Shown here: one piece after another, positions 25,259-38,032 of the stretch | How positions within the stretch are numbered: the first letter of the stretch is position 1 | Layout: each line of letters begins with the position of its first letter | Origin: Botryllus schlosseri | Taxonomy: Eukaryota | Direction of reading: 5' to 3' | DNA: 64,000 bases | Assembly: GCA_051294905.1 (NCBI GenBank) | Contig: CM119371.1 | Location: 29,266,001-29,330,000, forward strand | The notes under the pieces: generated by a model | The model's database searches: none | Told to the model about the DNA's origin: nothing | Seen by the model: the letters and a program-made list of their open reading frames with translations, nothing else | Position numbers and translations under genes: made by a program

Positions 25259-26072
25259 CTGCGAAAGCGATTTATTAAAACTATTCAGCGAATGATTTCG
25301 CGTACAGGTAGTGACGAATGGCTGTCTAGCATATGTAGAAGTGCTTCCCAGTTCTACTACAGAATAGACGTACCACCTCACAAATAAATATTTTGTTGCT
25401 TTTATGTTTCATGGTGTTTCGACATATATGGTGATTTCCAGAGGTGGTCAATAGCGAAGTATATCTTCTACTTCGCCTACTTGCTCTACTCAAAGGATAT
25501 GTTCCAAAATACGTCCACTTCTACGTAACGGTTTTTAGTGTAAACCTTCTTACTTTTACACTTTGGATTTTGCAAATTCAAAAGTAGGTTTTGGATAGGT
25601 TTATATCCCTTTTACAAGTGAAATTATCATGGCGAACGGTCGCAATAGCCCTTATTGTAATGACAACGGAATATATTCGCGAGATGTGCACATCTTTGCA
25701 TTGCTATTAAAGTCATTTTGTGTTGGCTATGCATTTTCCAGCCACCTTAGATTGACTACAAAAACTATGCGTCTCCTTGACCAAATCCGCTTTTCGAAAC
25801 TACTTCAGTACTTTTCTGGCCTTTAATTTTTCCTTGGTTGTCATGTCTAAGAAATTGAAACGTCTGCTTGTAATTTAGTATAAATTCACATCATTACGCC
25901 TACTGCTGAGTAGCAACGCTGAATAGTTTGGTAACCTTTGGATATGCATCATAGATCCTATAATAGTAAAGTAAGTACAAAAAGGAATTGCATTATAGGT
26001 TATAAATTTAATGAGTTAGTTGCAGAAAAGACACTGAGTTGCATGTGAGATTTAATTGGTTTCTCGTCATAC

Positions 26073-26903
26073 CTGGAGGAGCAACGTCCTTCGGCAGGTG
26101 ACTTGGAGCACAACTTCGCTCTCCCGAACAGAAAGGTGCTGCCGTCGACATACTCCGACATCGTAATTTTCGCCGAAGGACAACCGGACTCAATCGTCTC
26201 GCCTGCGTTGCACTTTGAGCTCTCACTACACGTATGCGTCGAGTACGACACTTCCGTATCGTCCGAATAATCAGCTGTACGCGTGATTGCGTTCATGACA
26301 AGCAGCGACTTCCGCTTGTTTTCGAGGCTATCCCGCGCTTGTTGCGTCACAGACACCGGTGTCGATGACCTGGTGTTAGCCCGTGTGATTTGCTGCGATA
26401 CTCCTTTCCGCAGTACCGGTCTTGAGCTAGAATTACTGTTACCGGTACTGTATTTCGCATCCGTATCTACCGGGTACACAACCGTCGGCAAGCCTGATCC
26501 GGATCTGTCGAATCCGGTGAAATTACGAGGACATGTACGATTGGTATTAGGCGACAAGGGTATGCAATTTTGACCGCTGTTGACAGTAAATGATCCGCTT
26601 TTCAAATCGTAGCGCGCGTCACGTTGGCAGTCTTGATACCCGGCACATGATCCGTTGCCTGTCAGTTTATGGCTATCCGCCTTTTGCCCCTGCGTGCAAA
26701 CACCTTGTTGGTGACTTGAAGAGTCTCCTAGAAATGGAGTGCTTTCCTCTTCTTGTATGGAATATAATTTGTTGTCGTCTGCAGGCTGCGAAGTTTCAGA
26801 ATGTCGTAGCTGCATGTCGGTATAGCTGTCGGATTTCGCCGCAGGCTGCACTCGGACATTCAAAATTTTAGCGAGATGATGGAGGATATATTTGCGAACC
26901 CAC
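26073..26903 (-). CDS. nAChR-like subunit, intracellular loop exon (831 nt)
   Basis: catacag acceptor, CAG|gtatga donor; MX helix WVRKYILHHLAKILNV then a Ser/Thr-rich loop; phases consistent. Confidence 0.85.
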
Positions 26904-27412
26904 CTGTATGAAATTAAAATATACTTCTTCACGCGAATGGTGCGAGAGGAGGAGATGAACTTCGATTTGGATTTGTAAGAGTATCGAATGTCACAGTCGA
27001 TAGTGTAAGAGCTGAGAGGCGGAGATGAGCTTCGATTTGAATTTGTAAAATTAACATCAGATCGCTCAGGTGTTACGTGTTATTTCACAGCATTACCATA
27101 GGTTCTCAAAGTAGACATCGCTGGTACTGAAGCAGAAGTAAAGTAACGTCATAAATTTCCACTCGAGTTGTATTAAAAGTTACGGTTCCTAAGTAAGTAA
27201 AAAGCAAGCATTTTAGGCATAGTTTAGCCTGAGAAAACTGAAAATGTTAGAGGCGTACATATAAGTAGTCGAAAACATGACCACTTTAGTAAGTATTGTA
27301 AGCAGGCTAAAAGTAGAAGTAGGCCTACTTCGTTACTGAGTACCTTTGCGTCGCATTGCCAGAAGGCACGAACAATGCAATGACTCGTGACAATATTTTT
27401 TAATCTACTTAC

Positions 27413-27518
27413 CGAGGAAGTGTCGGTGGGTTGGATCCGCAATAGTGTATGTTTTGGACGCAAATCGAAAATACGGTGCTCGTTAGGAACAGTAACATCG
27501 TCGTGATGTAATATTTGA
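27413..27518 (-). CDS. nAChR-like subunit, M3 exon
   Basis: ttttcag acceptor, CG|gtaagt donor; VKYYITTMLLFLTSTVFSICVQNIHYCGSNPPTLPR. Confidence 0.9.
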
Positions 27519-29168
27519 CTGAAAAATATAGCGGGGATGTTATGCAAGCTAAATGGGGGTTAACATCTTTACATGTGTTGCACTAGCGTAGCAGCATGTA
27601 CTGCCGCCCCTGGCTCTCGCTTAAAATGCCCCCCCCCCAAGTAGACCGCAGCAAATTTCGACATAGGCCCTTTTCATACCGGGGTTCCGGGAATAACATT
27701 TCTCGAAAATGTTTACCGGAACCCCTCTATGTGAACATAACACTGGTGATTCGGGGCGGTATGAACGCGGTTATTTTCGGAGATTTTTACGGGACCGACT
27801 GAGTATGAACACGAATGGCGCAGCTGGGTTCCCGGAACGCTGTCAATCAATCTTTTAGTTACCGTAACGCGCTGTTCATTCAGGCTGCTTGTATTTCGAG
27901 GTCAGATACCTGTGGCATTTTGGTCTTCTTGGTAATGGTGTTGGGAATGCATTATTCTTGGATTTATATTCTGTATGCTCACAATACGTAGTCACTGACT
28001 ACTAGTCAGCTTCTTTTTTATGTGGTTTTGTAAACAGAGCACGGCTAAAAAGGTAGAACACCATCTCCAATGTCCAAATCATGCAGCATTGGGTGAGTTG
28101 CCTGAAAACGTTAGCCCTTCAACACTAATTTGGTAGGTGATCTTAACCCTTACCAAATTTGTTACATCAAAGGCAAGTTTCTAACCACGGATATGCTGTG
28201 TGTAGGTTAGTCACCGTCATATACGCCTACTGAAAAGGGGATTTAGTAACATTTGCTTTGATAGTGGCAGCACAGCAGAGAATGATGTCCTTAGCTCTGA
28301 CTCACTAACCAAAATTCAAATTGTAGCTCTGACTCACTAACCAAAATTCAAATTGTACCAACGGGCTGGTAAGCCATCGTACATCATCCAAGCCATAATT
28401 TGGTTTTCACCTATGCCTTCATTTTCTTGTTACAACCAAGTCATTCCTTTGTTATGCAAGGTTAGGCAAGTGTAACTTAATTTGATCTTTTCGCAGGTCT
28501 AGATGGAGGATACTGATGAAAAAGGTGAAAAGGCGGGACTGTGCAATTGTGCATCAAGTTATAGTTTCTCTCATGAATAAAATGAACCAGCACAAACACA
28601 TCTGGTTAAGCAAGAGCATTGTTTATTGAGAAAGTCACACAGGGCATTTCCGACGTCTGGGCCAGCGATACTTGGATCACCACCAGGTCTTGTCTTCATT
28701 GCGTATACCATCCTCTGTATCATTCTGGCCTTAGCGGATTGCAGTTTATGAGAAAAGCTGAACACCGCGCCTTCAGTCGACCAAAATCTTTCAACCTTCA
28801 TGTGTGCTTTGCCAAGTTTCTGAAAAAGCAATTGTGAATTTTAATGGCAGCAGAAAGGAAATTTATATTACATATTTGAAATTAGCTTTAGCTTATGTTC
28901 TGTTTGTGTTTCAGGGAAAAGGCTCCATGAGCCGGGGCTGAAAGGGATAGGCTGCATCATCAGTTATGTAGGCTAGTACGGAACTCTCTGGCTCCCAATC
29001 ATGAAGTCATCCTGAAAAAACTTGAATGCAGCAAATGCATGTTTGGTACAAATGTTGCTGTGGTAATTTTTTATCCACCTACAACACTCAGACTTGTACA
29101 AAGTACTGGAATTTAAAAATGCGCAACTTCAACTAGAACTACTCAATTTTTCAAACTAGCAACTAGAA

Positions 29169-29826
29169 CAGCGGTGGCCAACCTTTTCAGCCAAATCACC
29201 ACATTCGATTGACGAACTATTCTGCCGGCCACTAGCCGCGCTAAGCACGAAAATTTTTTGAAGTTGATAAATTCATAATATTGTCACTTGACTATATTGT
29301 AAGCCTGCTGTATATTGCTGGGCTCAGTTTGCAAGGACTGGACTATTCGGCACCTGGACATATGGATATCGAAAGCTTCGTCCAACATGCGGCAATCATT
29401 TTGTGCCTAGGTTTCATAGTCGACGGTCATTCTGCGAGAGCAAACATGAGGTCGCGAATATATATATAGTTAGACTCAATCTGATAGATTAGGCATTCTT
29501 TCATTTTCACAAAGGGGTAACAATATTAAAAGCAAGAAATCGAGTGACAAGATGTTGCGCTAAGCGTGTAGAAAATTTTTACTTTTGATTTATCTATCGC
29601 AAAGTATTCTGCTTTATTGTAGTGTACGAAGATCTACCAAAATGTGACTGGCTCATAGACCTACCACTGCGTCGGAACTGATATTTCAGTCATCACATCT
29701 CAAGTGCTGCGGCCAGACTAATCAAATTTTTGATTGGCCTTGCAAGTTCACAATCTGTGCAATCCATTTTTGATAATACTACTAATTTCGGAAATTAACT
29801 CGCGGGCCACTGGTTGGCCGGCCCTG
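29169..29826. mobile_element. hAT MITE
   Basis: Ends cagcggtggccaacc / ggttggccggccctg; perfect TSD aactagaa; related inverted copy at 57357-58178. Confidence 0.85.
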
Positions 29827-30382
29827 AACTAGAACATCAACTTCAAAATCTGCTATTAGAACTAGAACTACTCACTTTCAAATATCCGCAACTAGAACTA
29901 CATAGTTTTAGTAACTAAATAAGTAGGTTGATGTACATGTCTGACTACACTACAAAAAATATACAAATTTGGTCTCATTTTCAGCAATTTCAGTCAAGTG
30001 AGCAGGGTTGTAACCAAGTCACAAGTCGATCCCACTTCAATAGTTTTGACTAGATTCAAGTCGAGTCATTTTCAATTTATCACCTAGTCAAATCCGAGTC
30101 CAACTCATCGATCAGAGCGTCGAGTTCGAGTCATGGTTTTATGACTTGAGTCCAAGTCATTGTGTTGATTGCTCAGTTTCCAGTTTAAGTCTATTTTTCA
30201 TCCATTTGGGTCTTACTTTTGACACAGAAAGTAGCCTACTTGGCAAGAACAATTGGTCTTTCAGACTTTTTTTTCTGACATAATGATTCAAGACCAAATT
30301 TGTATGACCTTTTTGCAGTGGTATGCTACGCAAAAACTGGCTGACATTCCGCCATGACAAATATAGAAATATTACTATGCAC

Positions 30383-30895
30383 TAGGGCTGGGCAAAATTG
30401 AGTACCTGAGTGATTCGATTCTGAATCACTTATTACGTTTCGAGTCGAGTATCATCATGATGACATCACAATTCACAACACAATGTACCATGCCAAAAAT
30501 TCAAATGTGTAGGCTACCTTTTATGCCACCATAAAGAACATAACGCCTATTGTCCGTCACATTAAAGATACTTTAATGTTTTTTCGACCATACCGTTTTC
30601 ATTGCATTGCTTGACAGTGTTATATGGGATGGTCATGACTTCGGAAACGTGTTATTTCCAGCAACGTTCGTAGCTTTGTACTATATCTCGTATGTTGCGA
30701 CACGGCCAATCAAGGTTTCAAGGCTTACTCAGTGGTAAAGTTTATCAAAACTATGGTATAATTCTCGTTAGTAAATCAACTTTCAGTATAATTTCAGTAG
30801 CCTACTCGAAAAGTAGTATTTTACTACTCGCCTCGAATCAATAAAGTTATTACTCGATTTAGATTCGAGTATTCGAATCATTGTGGCTAGCCCTA
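30383..30895. mobile_element. hAT MITE
   Basis: Ends tagggctgg / ctagcccta; TSD ctatgcac / ctaggcac. Confidence 0.75.
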
Positions 30896-31958
30896 CTAGG
30901 CACGTAGGGCACCAGCAATTTTTATTAAAATCAACTTGTGACAGTTGCATTCTTAAAATACATCTGATGCTTACCTGGATCTATAAACGATTGGCTTCGT
31001 TTTCATTGGCTAGCCGCCAAAGAGCGACAGCTACTCAGCAAGCAAGAGAAATTGAGTTCGTGTAATTTGCTTGCTGCTTTTCGTTATGGTCTCGAAGCTC
31101 GTCGCAGAGTATACCAAATGTTTCTCTCACGAATTTCTCGATTTCCCTGGTTTCTCTGTACATAAGATTAGATTTACCCAAACCATTATACAGCAATCAC
31201 AAAGATAAACTGACTTTGTCGTACCTCGTACGCAGATGTGATCGCCTGATCGGTGGTTCTTTTCATTCCAGGACTCTATCCTCTTTGCTGGCTTTCAGTT
31301 TCTGCTCTCAGCTTCGGTTGATAATATACAAGTCAGGAACATACTCGGGCTCTATATTACTGATACAGATATTGAGTATAGAGCCACATACACATCGAGA
31401 AGGCATATCCGCAACATCCCATAGCTAAAAGTTGGAGCCAACTTCTCCGCATCTCACGTATATGCCTCTCCCACATTGTTTTCCACAAGCATATTACAAC
31501 TGGAACACCCCACAGACGTGGTTTCGTAACTATCAACAGTTACGGAGAATCGCGTTCATACTGGCCATAATTTCCCGCGAATTTACCGAAAACACGACCT
31601 GTGTGAACATAAGTTCGCGGTAACTCTAAATAGGTATGAACGCGTCCTTTTCCCGGAACTGTTCCGGTAATTTTTTCTCTATGTGAACATCGCCTGTTTC
31701 GGAACTTGTTCCCGAAAGAGTTTCGTAAATCCGGTATGAAAAGGGCCATAGATTCATGTTCAAACAATCTAGTCAATAAAAATAATTACATATAATATGC
31801 CGCGTCTCAGCCTCGCCGCCTCAACGTTAATATGGCCAAAAATAATAAAGACAAGAAATAGCGAACGAGTGTATTGTGAAAATGGAAAATCAATTGCCGC
31901 CTCAAAGCAAAATCAGCGATAATATCCTCAAATTCAAGTTTTTGAAAGTAGTCTGTTT

Positions 31959-32150
31959 CTATATAGACAGAATGCATAGAGCGGATAGCCGATCATCATT
32001 CCTGGTAGAACGTAAATAAGATTTAATCAGTTTAAGCTTTGAGAAGCTCCTCACACAGCTCGCAATTGAAACACCAATGGTCAGATAAAGTTTCAGACAC
32101 GAGCATAAATATGGTGTCGAATCAAGTAGCTTTGCATTAACTAACCACTG
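31959..32150 (-). mobile_element. hAT transposase C-terminal dimerisation domain fragment
   Basis: PYLCSCLKLYLTIGVSIASCVRSFSKLKLIKSYLRSTRNDDRLSALCILSI. Confidence 0.8.
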
Positions 32151-32759
32151 TATCCACTCCCGCCTAGACGCGCTAAGCGCGAAAAATTTCAAGAATTCAT
32201 GATTGAATCGGTCAGTATCATCGGGGATTGCATATATATTGCTATCAATTTTTATCCCCTTTCTGCTGACGTAATCAGATTTACCGGTAGAGCTGATTGA
32301 GATGTATTTGAAAAGGTAGGACCCCTCAATAATAATTAAACATCTTCGGGCGCATACCCGTTGACAGGAACGAAACAACACTTCGTGAGGTTCCCAAAAA
32401 CTTGGGTCTTGGGCTCCCATAGGGTGATAAACCGACTCCCCCATCGTGTTGATCGCTTTTTCCACGAAATTAGCCGTGCTGTTTAGTGAGCCAGCGCCAA
32501 GCGCAAAAAGTTTCCATAATTAATGATAAAATCGGTCAATAATATCGGGAATTGCATATATATTGCTATCATTTTCGTGTCCCTTCTATGCTCACTTTAT
32601 CAGATTTACTGGTAGAGCTGAGTGAGATGCTGTAGTTGACTCTGTCAACGTGAATTGGACTTAGAGTATTATTAGGACTATCATATGTGGCCAACATACA
32701 TTGTATCGTATACATCTTGTAACTAGTCAAAGCCAGAATCGTTTTTGTGTATTGCGCAA

Positions 32760-33090
32760 GTTTTAGAAAGATATATCTGCCCTTTTCGTACCGCGACTAT
32801 TTCGCGATCCGTATTCCTATTGGCTAAATTTCACAAACTGTGTTACGTAAAACTAAAGTTCTAGAAAGATATCTCTGCCTTTTTCGTACCGCGACTATTT
32901 CGTGATCCGTATTCCTATTGGCCCTATTGGCTAAACTTCACCACCTCTGTTACGTAAAACACGCTGCCTTTTTCGTACCGCGACTATTTCGCGCTCCTTA
33001 TTTCTATTGGCTAAATAGGCTACTTCACAAATCCATTTTTTCGTCCTGCGACTTTTCCGCAATTCGTTTCCCTCATTGGCTAAACTTTAC
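32760..33090. repeat. About 100-bp tandem repeat, 3 copies plus a partial one
   Basis: ctgcc.ttttcgtaccgcgactatttcg.g...tatt.ctattggc recurs at ~32777, 32876 and 32964. Confidence 0.8.
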
Positions 33091-35307
33091 AACCATTGTT
33101 TCGTACTGCTGTAGTATAAACTCGATCGTTTTCTCGAATAATGTGAGACTCATATAACCGCTGCTAGGACGAACGTCTTTCCTTGTCGTTTCCACACAAA
33201 TACATTCGTGTCGGAGAACTCGCTGTGAATTGAAGAGCTTGCAACAGTATACAGCACAACCAAGGCCTTCACTACTGCTGCAGTGTCTTGGAAACTGTTG
33301 GGCCCGTAAATAATAATTAAACATCTTCGGCGGGCGGACTAGTTGGTACGACTTCGTTACATGATGTTATTTCGTGACCTCCTGTCTGCTACATCAAAAA
33401 ATATAGAATCGGGCAAACGTACTTAACTAAAAGACGCACACGATTTCAAATTGGTTTTTCTTCACTGGCGTATAATTTTTCCTACGGGATGGAATTCGTC
33501 TTCTGTGGTTCAGATTGCCAAGACAGGAACATTCGGCGCCAGTCATTTAGGCGCCTAGGCTGTGGGCAATTAAAGCTATATGTATTTTGTATATATGATG
33601 AAGTTTTCGGTCAGCGTAAGGGCAGTCCTTTTCGGTCAAGGTTTTTGCGCTATGCCGATCGTTCTGGCACATTTCTTGGAGTCGCATGTAATATGTCCTA
33701 AATCGTTATATGTCTTGGTACGTCGTGTCGCGGTGTTGGCCAACGCCGATATGTCCATTTCTAGAAATCTTGCGTGCTCTTTTCTTGGGGGAAGAGTACC
33801 AAATAATCATGATATTTGACACCTTGAAATCGCACGTAGCGCGAAAAAATTTTGAAAAGTTGCAAAAATTTTCAAAAAATACTCTATAATTTATGCTAAT
33901 TCACGAAATAATTTTGGACCCTCTTCGAGCTCGCCCCCCCCCCCCCAATTGGGGGTTTGGGGTGCGGCAGTTACAGTCCTGCGTATCGCATCTCCGTCGT
34001 CAAAGCATCTCGATGATGCAGGCGAAAAAAATACCATATCTCTCTCTCTCACTGTGCAGCCTCATGTTGCCGCCCCCTTGGAGCCTGCCGCCCCTGGCGC
34101 AGAGCCAGAACCGCCAAGTGGCTGCCACGCCACTGATGTGTTGCGGGATTGCCAGCCAATCTCATGCATATTAAGCGACCGACAATCGGTTTTGATACTT
34201 ATATCCTTGTGGGCAGAGGTGGCCCTTCGATGGGGGGGGGCTTGGGCGAGACTTCTGGAGGATATATAAGTATGTAATGGCCCCCAGACCCCCCTTTCAG
34301 ATCTACTGTTACCAACTTAATATTAGTGCGTCATTTGGAACGGGATTACGTGATGCGTATATGACACTCATCCTCGGCTTTGAAGCAGGCCGGAATGTTG
34401 AATTGCACTAGCTCATGAGCCTTCTTTTATCAGACATTTTCAAAATGAACCAGTTAACTATAGCTCATGCATTCATGTTGAAGATGTATGGCGCGTAGCG
34501 TGATATAGCGCTACAACTGCTGCAGTCTAAATAGACCCACACTAATCTGGAAAGCTTCGACCAGTGGGCCCCCTGCGACCACTCACCTCGCCCAAGTCAA
34601 AAGCCAAAACTGATTGTGGGTGAACGGCACTCTTTAATATGCTACTCCGTATCATAAATAGGGCTATACTAAAGCTATGTATGTAGGCCAAGATGGAGGT
34701 TTGATTAATGGAATTCACAATGTCGTTTCGACTACCTAGGTTATATTAATAAACACATGCATTTCAAATCGAAATAAACATAGTAATTGATGATGACTGA
34801 AAATTCCATTTTTTCGCTTCTAAAAACATATACGCACCATGTTTTGGCAAATATAATAGCATAGCAGGATAGTAATTAGCGCCATGGTTACACGTTAGAA
34901 ATGTGTCGTGACGTAACCGTAAGGTTGACAAGAACAGACAAAATGATAGTAGTTCACCGGTTACACTGAACGAAACATTTGGAAACCGATCCATCACTTT
35001 TATGGGTTGATGTTACAGATTGTTTTTGTAACTGCATGGCTGAAAAATATGTGTTTACCCAAAATTTACACCTCGATGCAGGGTGAAAATCAGGTCGTCA
35101 GCTTTTCTGGACCCAAATTTAGCTTGTATACCTATTCCAATGGGGGAAACGAGTCCAATACACCAACCGTTCCCCGGTGCAGTGTACCACAAGTTGCACA
35201 TTCCTGGGGGTGGTACACGGATACAGAATCCACCCCACCCCGAGATATATATCCTTGAAAGTTGTACGTGATAATATGATATAGCTATTCAAAAACAATG
35301 ATCTCAC

Positions 35308-35624
35308 CAAATAACGGCGCACTTTCAAATGGTGGAGCGGTCCGTACTGACGTTACCAGTAGTACAACCAGAACCAGCATAGTCGTAACGCTTGCGGGAA
35401 CTTTTCCACCGGAATCGTTAGGAAGTAAAAGCGTCAGAGGCATTAAAACCGAAATGAGGACACAAGGAATTATGAAGACGTAGATGTAAAAGGATGATTG
35501 GCGCTTGAGTTGAAAGTTGATTTCGATCAGCGTCTTGGCTTCGTCTCGCATGGCTGACCTTCCAATTGTTCGTTTCAGCGTTGACATTGTGACGTTCCAT
35601 TCCTGATTAGGAATGAAGTTGTCC
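35308..35624 (-). CDS. nAChR-like subunit exon (loops F/C, M1, M2)
   Basis: acgcag acceptor, G|gtgaga donor; DNFIPNQEWNV...FQLKRQSSFYIYVFIIPCVLISVLMPLTLLLPNDSGGKVPASVTTMLVLVVLLVTSVRTAPPFESAPLF. Confidence 0.92.
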
Positions 35625-36491
35625 CTGCGTAATCAAAGGACTTCATGTCAGCGCCCCAGAGAGGTAAGTTTGCTTTCGGTGCAGGGTTGAAAAAATGTTC
35701 AACGTGATATCCGCAAGTCTACATGAGGTCATTATAGCAATTTATTAAATGGTCTACATATGAATGATAATTTTTACGGCAAGGCCTAGGAATGGAACGC
35801 CTTTCTGTGGACGTTCGCAGGATGCCGAATCATGCGACTCAGTCAGTTTTGAAATAGCGAACTCGGCGCCCACTCCTTCGTGCCAACCCCACGCCTGCAC
35901 GCCAACAGTACTACTTCATCAACGAATAAATTGTTTCAACAGTTTATTCAAACCGTTGGAAAGAGAACCTCGACCTCTCACCTCAAAACTTCGGCTGGCC
36001 GTAATTCAGAACCGAAAAACTAGTTGCACAAGGCTACGAATATTCATGACACGATATCATTGTTTCAAGTAGTCAAATAGCCATGGTCCAGAAATAAGAA
36101 GTTGTTCTGTTTTAAGTACTAAATTCTTTTTTATCTACTCCTAAATCGTCAATGATGAATCACTTCGGTGCCCTGATTGTAGCGACGCATACCAACAGCG
36201 GCATGGCCCACAAAAATAGTAGGCCATGACAGCGTAAAATATATGATGAATCGGGTCACTTTTGGAAAGGATGTATCTTGCGCTATATACAGCTGCAATC
36301 AATATAGTGTCGCCAAGTTGATTCTTTGTCGACATCAACGTTTATTTTAATTAATAGAGATTTAACGATTGCTGACTTCCCGCAAAACCTCAACATCGCC
36401 ACTATTATATCAATATTGTAGCGATTATTATCGATCGATTGCTATAATATTTGTCTATTAGAAATGAATATTTGATGATATAACCTCTCAC

Positions 36492-36707
36492 CTATTTAGT
36501 TCCGTTTGATTACTCAGCAAATCCAACCGTTTCGAGTCGTAGGCCCGCGATCCGAACTGAAGCCTGCAGTTTTGCGAATCGAACGGGAATTCGGACACGT
36601 CCATTCGGCACATGGCTCGCGTGGTCACTGGCTGTTCCCAGCGTACTTGTCCGTTTGATTTTACAATCACAATGCCATCGAGGTTCCGCGTAAACGTGGC
36701 TTCAGCA
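36492..36707 (-). CDS. nAChR-like subunit exon (Cys-loop)
   Basis: ttttcag acceptor, AG|gtgaga donor; Cys-loop CRMDVSEFPFDSQNC followed by FGSRAYD. Confidence 0.93.
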
Positions 36708-37433
36708 CTGAAAACGAATAATACGCATTGGCGATTGAACTGCAGTGATGTGTAGTATAGTCGCTCCATGTTGTGTATCACCAGGGGGTGATCAAAGTAG
36801 TCAGTGTTGCTACTCGTGTAGAAGTAGAACTAAACCCATCTACTCAATTGCAAGTAGATATTGCAATTTCAAAGACACGTCAAAACACTTAAAGTAGGCT
36901 AGATGTGGAATATTAAAATCTGAAAAGTATTCAAGTAAGTAGTACCAAAAAGCTGATGTGGTCGATGGATCGCTAACTTTTAACTGATAAATTCGGTGAT
37001 GGCCATTTTAGAAATTGAAGGATACATTTTCGCGGACGAGCAAAATGACTAATGGCACTACAAATAGGTGCAATTGTTGAAATTTTCTTGCGATACCGCG
37101 GTACATTCTACATTGTCTCTTTCAATCAGTTGCCGCGACAATTTCAGGCTTACAACTGATGCAAGGTTATTCCAAAATTACTTTCTACTTTTAAAAAATA
37201 TTAAGTTTAGAAGGTTGTAATAGAAGTAGTATAGAATCAAAGGTCAAAATATACCTACTCGAATTAGCAGTAAAAGTAGGCAAAACCGACTTGAATACTC
37301 AAAAAATATAAGTATACTTCGTTGCTAACAACGATAATGAAATAGGATAATCCTCTAGCACAGGACGATGTTCGTGTTCACAGTAATTTACAGACAAACA
37401 TTCTCCACCTCAGTGGCATTGCATTGTTATCAG

Positions 37434-37974
37434 TAGGGCATGTTTTTGCAACTTTTGTAACTTATTTTTACAGCTACTGGCAGCTTCCTAAATACTCAGA
37501 AGTTATGTAGTTTGGTGTTTTAAGCTGTTTTTGAGGACTCTCATATTGCAGCTTTTCTCCATTTTTTCATGAAACTATTTGCGACTTTTTCGATTTTTTT
37601 TTGCAAATAACTTTTTAATAGAAATATTTGGCACTATAAGTAAATAGATCGCTTGAATATTTCACTGTCGTTTAAATTTAAGGTTCTTTCTGATTTGATG
37701 TACATTCAGGCTAGACTGGGGAAAATTGTATTTTCACTGGGTCAATTTTTTCAGGCTATTGGTTTTGTTGAAGTCACCAACACTCAGTTTTGCCACAGTG
37801 CTTTGGATACGGATCGATTCTAGTACATCATATCCTAATAATTTCAAGGAACTTGTGAATAGATGCAATTTTTAGTGCAAACTTTGTGAAAAGTAAATGC
37901 AACTTTTTAATGTAACTTTTGTGAAAAATAAATGCAACTTTCCACAGATTTGACTGCAACAAAAACTTGCCCTA
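37434..37974. mobile_element. hAT MITE with gcaac repeats
   Basis: Ends tagggca / tgcccta; perfect TSD gttatcag. Confidence 0.88.
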
Positions 37975-38032
37975 GTTATCAGTTACCGCATATATAGCCT
38001 ACCTGTGCAATTAATCTGACATATTATACACT

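Larger units (their letters stand above)
27666..31747. mobile_element. PIF/Harbinger-like element with nested MITEs
   Basis: Perfect 17-bp TIR ggcccttttcataccgg / ccggtatgaaaagggcc; 3-bp TSD ata; repeated subterminal t(a/g)tgaac motifs. Confidence 0.75.

Noticed and set aside
25005..25381. ORF-track proteins 25040-25381 and 25005-25223
   Set aside because: Wrong frames; the third frame encodes the MA/M4 exon (W..VAKVVDR).
26000..26932. Stand-alone 310-aa gene
   Set aside because: It is the intracellular-loop exon of the channel, bounded by phase-consistent splice sites at 26903 and 26073.
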